The notes beneath the pieces are model-generated. The model saw only the letters and a program-made list of their open reading frames with translations, did no database searches and was not told the DNA's origin. A DNA stretch of 64,000 bases from Eledone cirrhosa (lineage: Eukaryota): assembly GCA_964016885.1 (NCBI GenBank), contig OZ024745.1:34782001-34846000 (forward strand), given 5' to 3'. Both the position numbers and the translations under genes were made by a program. Position 1 is the stretch's first letter. Each line of letters begins with the position of its first letter. Below, in pieces: positions 53,171 through 64,000 of this stretch.

Positions 53171-54885
53171 ATAACTGGAATTTCTTAATAGGAAGGACAC
53201 AATAAAGAACGTAGCATTAGATATATTATGTCTGCAAAAATAAAAAAATAGAACATGATTGTCACAACATGAATACCTTTGGTCATAGTTCTATTAAATC
53301 CATGTTGATTCCTGGCTAATTTTCACCACCAAAAACTTCAATATTTTTTTTACAAGCCAACAAAGGAGATGTTCTGTCGTTGATCAACCTGCTAAAAACA
53401 GCTGCCAAATCACCCTCCAATCACTCCCTTAAAGTCTCATTTGGGTGGATCTTATAGGAGTTTCATGAAGCATTAAGTAACTGATATTACAAGATAGGAT
53501 ACGACATCCCTTGCAAGGTTAACCTCTAGTTGCTGCTGGTATTCATTTTTCATTCAAGTAGACTGAAGTTCCTTGTTTAATGACACAACAAACTGTACAA
53601 TTTGGAAATTAAATCCATGAATTTAGAGTTGTACCTTCACTCCAATCACATCTTACCATGATTTTTAAACAATCACAATGCATTGGATAATGTAATATTA
53701 GATACATAATATTTGAATAAATGATGTGATGGTCAGGGCTGTAACAACTTTGATCATAAATGTGGGTGATCAAGCCTAACCTAGGGCTAAACCCCCCAAA
53801 ACAACAACTGAGATATTTTCTCTGGTTTACATGTTCTACTCGATGCTTTATAATATTGATGAATTCATAGAAATTATTCTGTTCCCAATTGATAATATCA
53901 GAAAACCATTTCTGATCAGACTGCTTTATTCCACCTTAACGAAGTTATTAATTATTATCGTTATTATTAAGTTAGAACTACTTTCAGTTCACTAGACACA
54001 ATATATATTAGCAAATTTACAAAAATTCACAATAGAGAAAATCTGATATCACTGTATTTTATTTCTTTGATTCAATTTTCCCTTTTCTAGTTTTCAATAA
54101 TTCTAAATTTCTAGATTGTGTCAGTAACAAAATTACACATTTATTTCAACAAAATTATGCTGAACAACATCCATTTTCTCTGATAGGTCATCATAGACCA
54201 AATCAGTGCTTAAGCAGAGTTGCTGACATTGTAGATAGGCTAGGGACCACATCTCACTCACATTATTATACTGTACAGTATGCACCGGCTGCACTGTGCC
54301 ATTAGCACTAGGGAGGTTGTCATGTCTTTCACAAAATTGAAAATGTCTCTCAAACCTTTGTCTCACAAGTTTTCTATGACTGGATTCCTTCAAATCACCA
54401 ACCTCTTTTCAGAGTGTAATGGATATGTGTTATCCTGTCACCAATACTAGAGAGGTTGTCATGCTCTTAAAATATCTAAAGCGTCCTCTTAACACAACTG
54501 AAATTTCTAAATTGTCCTAACAACAACATTGCATATTGATTTCAACAAATTCATACTGAACAATAGTTTTTATCAAATACTCTGGTTTCACACATTAGAC
54601 AGTGTCCATGCTTGAGCACTGACTTGAAGGTATTTAGTCCATCCAGTGCTTTTCTTTTTTTTATAAGTCTGGTATTAAATTTATTTATCTCTATTTGTTG
54701 ACCTGCTAAGTTACAGGACATAAATACAGATACAAATATAAACACTGAAACAGATACACAGATGCACATATATATAGTCGGGCTAAAGTCTGACACATCG
54801 AACTTTCTTTCCTCTTTTCTATATAAAGCATGAAATAAGATGTTTTGTACCTTCATGTTGTCGGCTTCTTGAGCCATATATATAT

Positions 54886-55091
54886 AGGTGGATTTCCAAT
54901 GTATATCAGGAGGTCACCACTGTTAAAAAAGCTACTCAATACGTTAGTAGAGTATAGGCATATTTATTTCATTATAGAAATTATTTCTACAGGACTAAAA
55001 CTGTTTTATTTGTAAGAAATCATTCCTAGTGATTTATTATGAATGAAACAGTTCTAGTCCTGTAGAAGTCATTTCTATAATAAAATAAATA
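54886..55091 (-). mobile_element. Decayed fold-back PLE-like insert, family D copy 2
   Basis: Tail 54886-54960, diverged arms about 54961-55022 / 55030-55091; plus strand 55021-55070 reads cattc-CTAGTGA-..gaat-GAAA-cag-ttctagtc-ctg-TA-gaag. Confidence 0.6.
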
Positions 55092-56783
55092 AATATATAT
55101 ATACATATGATGGATTTAGTAGAAAACATTTGCCCAAGGTGCTTTGCCATGGGACTGAACTTAAAATCATGTGGTTAGAAAGTGAAATTCTTAACCATAC
55201 AGCCATGCCTGTTTCTAGGATATATTAACAATGTACCCCTTTTATTAGGTTTATCAGGAGCCAGGGTAGAGAAAATAGTTATACATTAATACAAATATAT
55301 ATATATTTATATATATATTTGAAACTTCAGAGAGAGATAATGTGATTGTCATATGGTATATGAATTCACAATTTCTGTTAATCATATAAAGGTTTCTTAT
55401 ATTTGTTCTTCTTTTGATGAAATAGAAGAATATTTGAAAACTTTCTTGGTCATTCATTTTGCTCACATTTACAGATAGAATAATCTAATTAATAGCTTTT
55501 CTGTAGATAAAAAGTAATATATATATTGTTACGTACATGTATGAATATATATATATATATAAATTCATAAATGTATGATTTTTTTTGTATCTATCCAATC
55601 TATCCATATGTGTGAGTTTGTGTTTGCGTGTGTGTATGTGTACATATGTGTGTATGCATTCATTTTCTAGTGTCTATTATGTCTATGGGAGGGACATTTA
55701 ATTCTATTTGTGACTACTGTAATGTATATTTTGCTAGCTTTACCATGGATTGAAGTAGTCATGCTAAGAAACTGATGTCTAGCTTCCTCTATATATTCAT
55801 AAGCATCAAAGCTGCCTTGTACTGTGTAGGTGAATAACATTGCATATGTCTCTGTATCTGTATATAATATGTTGTAGATTTTCTTATGCATTCTTGGATA
55901 GGGACACCTTTAACAGTGTTGCCTGCCATCTACTAATAACCATGCAATAATCAGAAGCTTGTATACCTGCAGACACTCCACATCTGCCATACAAGTAGAA
56001 CAAGGAATAGGAAATAATTGTTTCACAGTTCAATGTCTTCTTATTTTTAGACTGGAGCAAAAAGAGTTAGATATCTTTATTAATGCAAAGTCAGAACTGA
56101 AGACTGTGTAATGGGGTTCCACCATAGCATTAACCATTATATGGCCCTTGCTCAGCAATTATGAGGTCCCAAGTTAGATTCAACTTCATGGATTCTAGCC
56201 AAGTGACTTTACCATATCCTTTCATTGATTCAAGACTTTTGAGTGAAACTAAGTAGACAGAAACCTGTAGAGACTTCCATTCGATGGATTGTACCTGTAA
56301 TTCAAAGGTCCAGCATTGTCACAAGCCTTGCATGATGCGGATTTAGCTTGGGAACTACATGTGTCTATGGAATGCTCAGTCACTTACATGGTAATTCACA
56401 AGATGGACGTTCAGTTGATCAAACAGCTAAATTCACATCCTCAAAACCAACAGTGATTCCATCAGCCATTATAGCTAAAACAAAAAGAATGTGTTCACCA
56501 GTTCAGTAACTTAACCTCACTGCCATTGAACCTCAGTCTTTAAACCTCCCAATATATTCTAGTGTAGTGAGGCATGTATATAAATATACATGGGTGAGAA
56601 AGATAAATAGATTGACTGCTCTCATTTGAATCTGTTGAAAGTAGAGAAATCTAATCTAAAAGTCTTTATGATATGTTTAAGAAACAAAATTACTGAACGC
56701 TATAATTACCTGCATGTCTAATTATCTTGATAGATGCTTGTTGTTGGAAACATTATTATAATAACATAGATATCTATGTTATT

Positions 56784-57190
56784 ATAATAATAATGAAATT
56801 ATTGTGTACAGTGCTCTGGTGCACTACAACTCATCAAAGGTGCATGTATAGTACATAGAATAATATACAAATGTCAGGAAATTGAATAGTGTATGAGTCA
56901 TGATATACATGTGTGCATGTGTATGGAAGGGGGATATCAGGTGTAGTGTTGGTGAATTTCAGGAAGCATGGAGGTTTTAAAGGATGCAATGTCCTGGTAG
57001 CTAACAACTGATGCAGGTAGTTTGTTCCATGCTTCAGCAACTCTGAGCGTGAAAAAATGTTTCTGAAAGTCATGGGAGCTGTACTGTTTTCTGACTTTGT
57101 AGGCATGCCCACGGGTGTTAGACATGTGGAATTCAAAAAGGTGCTCAGGGTTGTTGTTGGCAAGATGGTTAATAATTATATGCTTGACCA
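56784..57190 (-). mobile_element. CR1/L2-like LINE 3' end, copy 2
   Basis: NHLANNNPEHLFEFHMSNTRGHAYKVRKQ..KHFFTLRVAEAWNKLPASVVS..FKTSM; highly similar to 50844-51240. Confidence 0.87.
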
Positions 57191-58676
57191 GTGACATATT
57201 ATTAAAGAGATAATGTTAGGATAATTCTAGCTCATTCACAGTGAGATCACAACCTGGCTTTCTCTACTGTTTAACTCCAAATGTTCATCAGATCAGAGAC
57301 GGCAATAGGTATATTTTAAGTGACATAGAGATTCATAATATCATGTTAATATATATTTTATTCTTATATTCGTTTACTGGTTTCAATCATTAGACTGCAA
57401 CCATAGCACAGCTTTAATGGGATTTAGTTGATCATATCAACCCCAGTTGTTATTTTTTAAGTTTGGTAATTATCTTATAGATATCATTCTTGTCAAAATG
57501 CTAAGTTATGGTACATAAACTGTCACAAACGTAATCTTTGTCTAATGAAGAGTTTTTTCTCTTAGTTCTTTAAATTAGTAAGATCCCAACAAACTAACAA
57601 AATCAATTCACTTCTCCAATTATTTTCTATACCTGACTACAAAGATAAAAATATCTTATCCAACAGCTAAGCTCTTGCCGTTTCAACAGCAAGAGCTCAG
57701 TCGTCAGGGTCCGAAATCTTTATAATATATATAATTGTTTCTACTTTTGGCACAAGGCCAGCAATTAACCAGTGCATTACTGGTACTTTATTTTATCGAC
57801 CCCGCAAGGATGAAAGGCAAAGTTAACCTCAGCGGGATTTGAACTCAGACCATAAAGGACCGTAACTCGATACTGCCAAAATGAGAGAAATGCGTTTATT
57901 GTAAACATTTATATGATTAATATTCTCAACCTATCAAGCCATTAAAATATTGCAGCTGCTGCTACTACTACTACTACTACTACTAATACTACTACTACTA
58001 CTACTAGTACTACTAAAAACTTTGTTCTATGTCCTTTACCAGAATGTCATTAAGTAGCTTACACAAAAGACTAGGTCTTTGAGTAACTTCTGGTGTCACC
58101 TCTGCTAAGAAAAGATTATAAGTGCTATACAAAACATTCTAAGTTCCCTTCCATTTGTAAAATCAAATTTACTGTGGTAGTGCTGCTATTACTCAGGTAA
58201 GACTCACAATGGGATTCTGCTCCCACATCTGAAAGAATACTTCTACTACTACACACAGACATCCAAGGCAACATCTAGAGGAAAGCCACATGACTAATTT
58301 ACTTATTCATTCACAGACTTACTCCGGTCTCTTGCCAGTTGTCTCCTCTATCTAACTTCTTTTGCTACTGGTCATGTGCCACCTCTACTCAAGCACTTCC
58401 TAGATGCTCATCTCCCTCCATTCATCAACACAGCTGTTTCTTACCCTCAAGCTTCATGCTACCTATACATTCAGAATCTTCTTGCCTTGAATAGTAGAGT
58501 TCCCTCCTTGCTCATGACTTTTCTATGTGTGGGTGTCAAGCATAATAATAGCAGCATCAATCTTACCAGTTTCAGAGGATCTGTGAAGGCCATAGGCACT
58601 GAATATATAATTTCATATGCTGGGTGATATATATATATATAATTTCATATATTAGGCAACACACACACAGACATAT

Positions 58677-59088
58677 ATATGAAAATGAAAAGTGGATATA
58701 CTTAGGAAGCCATACAATACAAGTAGGTTATAATTACAAAGTCAGAAGGGAACTGAGAGAGGTGAGATAGAAATCAAAAGGTGGGAGAAGGAAAATAAAA
58801 GGAAAAGAATGACTGAAAGTTACCATAGCAATTTAAAATAAACAACAACCAGGAACACAATCTTTCATTTTGCTGAAGCCCCCACCCTCCTTGCTACGCT
58901 AATGGATAGTAAATCCTAAAAAAATTTAGACTCATAAATTGCTAGAGTTTTTTCTTTTTATTTTCATTCCTCTCCCGTTTTTCTTTCTACCTTACCTCTC
59001 TCAATTCCTTTCCAACTTGTTCCCTCGGTAATTATAACCCACTCGCATTGTATGGCTTCTTAAACATATCCACTTTTCATTTTCATAT
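58677..59088. mobile_element. Older TA-flanked inverted-repeat element (MITE or decayed fold-back)
   Basis: 'atatgaaaatgaaaagtggatat..ttaggaagccatacaat..agt.ggttataattac' is mirrored at 59028-59088; diverged similarity extends ~130 bp inward. Confidence 0.65.
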
Positions 59089-59639
59089 TCCATATATATA
59101 TATACACACATATATTGATTATATTGATGAAATGAAACAGCTGTTTTAGTTGCAATCATATACAGTTATAATTATTCTTTACAAAGAGAACATAAATTTC
59201 AAAATTTATTGTTAAAAATACACTAAGGACAACTTATGGAATGAATATTTTACATTAATGCAGAAAAAATTAATTTTCATGAAGACATGGAAATATCTTT
59301 GTTTTCATAAATATTTTTTTTTTCGTTTGTAAGGGAATTTTAGAGAACCAAAAAGGCAATAAGCCAAAAATATTGATAAATTGACCCAGAACAACCTGGG
59401 ACGACTTGATAAATTCCGACCTCACACACTTACACCTCTCCAAGACAATGTCACTGGACCGAGATCTTTGGAGCTACACAGTAATACAGAAGACCCGCCT
59501 TGCCTAAGTACAAAGCGAAACCTACAGTCAGTAGGCACCTCTAACAAAAATACATCCTGGCCCCACTACCCCCACCCCATCCACACCACCCCTTCCAATG
59601 TAAAGTTATGTTGGTACCACAACATCCAGTCCAAAACAA

Positions 59640-59888
59640 ATGAGGTGTCATGACAAAAAACACACAGTCCACGCTGTAATGTGGCTGTGTAGGTAACACG
59701 GTAAAAACCTCCCAGTCCACACTATAAACGTGGTTGGTGTTAGGAAGGGCATCCAGCTGTAGAAAACCCGCCAGACAGTCCTATACGAGCAAGACAACCA
59801 ATCTTGCCTCAAGTGGGAAAATTCCCGTCCAAACCCATGCTAGCGTGGAAGATGGACGTTAAACGATGATGATGATGATGATGATGAT
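59640..59888 (+). mobile_element. RTE-tailed non-autonomous element 3' part
   Basis: Two hairpin modules, 'gtggttggtgttaggaagggcatccagctgtagaaaa', tail 'cccatgctagcgtggaagatggacgttaaacgatgatgatg'. Isolated tails of this type at about 15157, 17008, 23876, 47575, 60450-60535 and 60750. Confidence 0.75.
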
Positions 59889-61554
59889 TATCAAGGATGT
59901 GACAGCTGGAAGGAGAGAAGGCCAAGCCAACACAGATCTGGTATATTTTTTATCAACCCCAAAAGAATAAAAGACAAAGTCAGGCTTAGCAGCACAAAAT
60001 TCACAAGATCAAAATACAGATAAGACTAGATAAACGTTATATGTATACTGCAAGTATATATAAATTAGATAGAATGGATTTTACATCATTTGACAAGCTG
60101 AAAAGAACTATATTTACTAAAAATGAATGGGTATATATATACCCCTCAAATACATTTTTCTTTGTGGTAGATTTGATGATATACACGTCTTCTAATGAAG
60201 GTCCAATAAAATCCGAAAATTGATTAAAGATGTTTATCATTTTATTCAATTTACAGGAAAATTTGTATTTTCTGGCATGTTGTCACATCTCCAAATTAGA
60301 TATATGTAAATATTTATGCTTGTTGGTGCAGTCTCGGTTACACACTCTGTATATATACAGACATTTCTTTATCATATATTTATAGATTATGATATATATA
60401 TATGTATATATATATACACATACATATATACCATGCTTCACCTAACTAATGCTAGCATGAAAAAGTGAACTTTAAGTGATGATATATATATATCATCCTC
60501 ATCATCATTTAACATTTGCTTTCCATGTTGGCAAGTGTTGAATGAGTCATCACTCAACAAGTCAGCACTTAATTAGAGTTACAGATCTGTCTGGCTTGAG
60601 TTCACTGCTTGCTTATGTATGTCCCTGCATTCTACAGAGGGCACCAGGTGCATTTTATAATTGCATCAGCACTAGCAAGGTTTCATGACTTTGACTGTTG
60701 AAGAACTCTCACAACCCTTTGTTTAGCAGATGACTGGATTCTCTTCCTATCATCATCATCATTTAATGCTTGTTTTTTTCCATGTTAGCATGAGTTGAAT
60801 GGGTCATCAAAGACCAAATCTGTACTAATCTGGAGCTACAATCCTCGATAATAAGCTGAGACCATGACTTACATAATATTCCAGTTTTGGCATAGTTTCT
60901 ATTGCTAGATGCCTAGTACTAACACTAAATAATTTGCAGAGTGTTCTGTAGCACCAACTTTAAGTTGATTCTCATGTCCTTGATAAAGCTAAAGAATTCT
61001 CTCAACCTTTTATCTGGCTTGGTTTCTATGGCTAGATTCCCTCCTACTATCAACCACTTTACAGAGTGTACTAGGTGCATTTTATCATGTCACCTGCACT
61101 AGATGTGTACATCCAGGAAAACAGAAGAATTAGATATACACATGATATATGCATGCATTTAGAATTACACAGACAACCAACAAAACATAAAAATGCATAT
61201 CCTTATATGCTTATACATACACACACATTCGTGCATATATATCCACTCAGAATGAACTATATACATGCTTCCGATCATGTATATTGTGTACTCTCACACA
61301 TGAATACATCAGAGACTCAGGAATTCAAATGCATTGAAGAATACACAAGAGACAAGAATACAAATGTATGTTTATTCTAAACATTCATGTGGTTAATATT
61401 CTCAGAACCTACATAATTCATTAAAATATTAATTATCTTTTTATAGACACAAGATTAAAAATTGAATTATTTGTATTTTCATTCCATTATTTTTCATCAG
61501 TGGTTCTACAATTCATTTATTATCTATTGATTTTAGCTGCCACTGCTTCTGCTG

Positions 61555-61557
61555 TTG

Positions 61558-61614
<57 letters not shown>

Positions 61615-61780
61615 ATACTACTACCACTACTACTACTACTACTACTACCATAACCACCACCACCACCATCACCACCACCACTACTACTACTACTACTGTT
61701 ACTACCACCACCATCGCCACTACCATCCCCATCACTACTACTACTACTAATACTACAACTAATACTACTTTTACCACTAT
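61555..61780. repeat. (ACT)n/(ACC)n trinucleotide tract
   Basis: Direct reading; source of the poly-T and poly-V ORFs. Confidence 0.93.
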
Positions 61781-61989
61781 CATGTAAAAGATATTGAATA
61801 GATATAAGGATATTTATTTTGCTGTGAGAGGGTTATTATATTTCTAGTATTTTTCCTCAGAATTTATGCAACATTTCTTAGGATCAATTTGTGTGTCAAA
61901 CAACTTCTTTATGTCTATTCTCTATATATAACTGTTCTTACTTTCAAGGTCCTTTTTATTGTTGTTGTTTAATCCCAAGTTAGTTTTAA

Positions 61990-62243
61990 CCTTTTTGTTA
62001 TCATATATTTTATGAAATACACTGCCTATGATTTTCAAATAATTTTGAAAATAACCAAGAATTTGGAGAATTTTATTAATATAACAAAGTTTCTCATCAT
62101 TAAGCTTGCGTTTGAGACATAACTTAACAAAGCCTCTTTTATAAACTTATGATGGAAGGTTTTTAGATAAATATGAACCTTTAAAATAAACAGCTTTGTA
62201 TCATAGAACTAATGACTGTTTCAAGAGTTTGGTATCATAAGGG
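61990..62243. mobile_element. piggyBac-type MITE (TTAA target)
   Basis: TTAA|cctttttgttatca ... tggtatcataaggg|TTAA imperfect TIRs; related fragments at about 2150-2256 and 33345-33513. Confidence 0.6.
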
Positions 62244-62422
62244 TTAAGGAATATGTTTATTATCCCATTTGTAATTGGCAAAACTAAATTGATAGAGAAC
62301 TGCCTCTACAAAAACATGGATATAATTATGCCAAAGGTACACTTCAGAAACTATAGTAATAGGTGTATTATCACACATCTTTTGTTAACTTTGAAACTTT
62401 GATATACACTTTCCAAGATCTA

Positions 62423-62630
62423 CCATATATACTTGAATATAAGTCGAGGAATATGTAACCAAAAAAATTGATGGTAGAAAGGGATCAGCTTATATTCAAA
62501 GTCAATATTTTGATGATTTTCACCAACTTCGAATTCTACATAAATAAGGTTTGGATTTTTGCCCATTTCTCAAAAATGAAATAGTAGGGTTGGCTTATAT
62601 TCATATTGGCTTATATTCGAGTATTTATAG
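62423..62630. mobile_element. Tc1/mariner-superfamily (Tc2/pogo-like) MITE with TA target duplication
   Basis: TA|ccatatatacttgaatataagtcga ... ttggcttatattcgagtatttatag|TA; internal repeats of 'gcttatattc'. Confidence 0.7.
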
Positions 62631-63622
62631 TATGTATATATTTTGAAGAAAGGAAAATCTTGATGTACTTTTTAAACACAAAGAAAACAGGAACAATCTC
62701 TATAATAATAGCTGCACTGGAAATGATAAAAGAAATACAGAGACAGATAGGTAATGAAAGCCCCAGGATTTACAAACATATAACATACAGAAAATTACAC
62801 TACAAACAATGAAATTAAGACTACTACTACTAATAATAATAATGTCTGTAAAAGTTAATATATGTTTGAGGAATAGGTTTTTCTATGTATTACAATCATG
62901 AATAATATTAGCAATATCAAACTTTATTCATATGTGTTTTTTTTTTCATTGCCATTTCTTCATTTTTTTTTTTTACTGTATTAAAAGAATATTTGAATTT
63001 TTTATGTGCTAAATGTAGAGTATCTATCAAGGAGAATCATACAGAGAAATACACATACACAGAATCACACATGCAAACAAACTTACTGAAGGAATAACAC
63101 ATATAGTCAATACATCCAGGATTTGTTTCATATTTATATAAGAAAATAACTGTGATATGGTCTTCATATTTATTTCCTAAACAACAAAACCACATTGTGC
63201 CTTCAAAATACACTTAATTTCTTAACAAAATAGAATATAAGAATTCTAAAAAAGTATATAACTGTAGTAGGTAAGTTTATCTCATCCCACTTACAAATAG
63301 GTGTATTCCACTTATAAGTAAGTATTCTCTAATTATATATGTAGTTTATATATATATAGTTTATTCCAGTTAAATATAGGTTACTATTATATTATTATAT
63401 TATATTTATATATCATTTTATGGTGTCAGGGAAGTATGACCAACAAATGTGTCAAATGCAAGCATTTTGTTTGTTTGTTTTTCTTTTTTTGTTCTCTCTA
63501 AATAATCATGGCCATAAACTTATATAAAGAAATAACATTTTTAAATCTCTTGCAATTTCTTTTTCTCTCTCTCTCACTCATTTATACTCAGACAAACACA
63601 CACACATGCTCAAACACACACT

Positions 63623-63657
<35 letters not shown>

Positions 63658-64000
63658 TATTTTATATCAACATAAGTAGTTACTTGGAATAGGGCTTTGT
63701 CAATTAGCAGTTCAAAATTGTAGAATACCTTAAATGAAAATTATTTCTTCTTTTTCTGATGGTTACATTCCTTCAAAAAGGAACCATTGAAATCAAAGGT
63801 ATCTCAAATTAAAGTGCTGGGGTAAGCAAATAGAATATTTCATATTTGAGGGATTGTAGCCACACACAGTGATGCCATCTTTTTAAAAAGCATATTTAAC
63901 ATGTAAAAAAAAAAAAAAGCGTTTATTTTATTACTAATAAATTAATGATAATAAGAGCTAAGAAAACTGAATCTGAAATGATAATTGTTTCTACTTTTGG

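Overview
Very AT-rich, microsatellite-saturated eukaryotic DNA, intronic or intergenic in character. The repeat complement (CORE-like tRNA-derived SINEs with RTE tails ending in (ATG)n, a second tRNA-SINE family, RTE and CR1-type LINE fragments, dense (TA)n/(TACA)n/(ATT)n arrays) suggests a cephalopod such as Octopus; this is an inference, not a database result. No complete protein-coding gene is visible. Most ORF-track entries are simple-repeat artefacts or decayed LINE pieces, and only a few low-confidence exon candidates exist (best: 19374-19439). The main unexplained structure is a set of short inserts inside (TA)n arrays with one architecture: (TA)n - inverted arm - forward arm - unique tail - (TA)n. 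At least four sequence-distinct families carry type I hammerhead ribozyme cores (CUGANGA...GAAA...UA); three are of the minimal form with a palindromic loop III, typical of Penelope-like retroelements. Three families share a C-C mismatch at position 4 of stem II, and the tails share an RTYGAGTR motif. All structures and alignments were read by eye; coordinates are approximate to a few bases.
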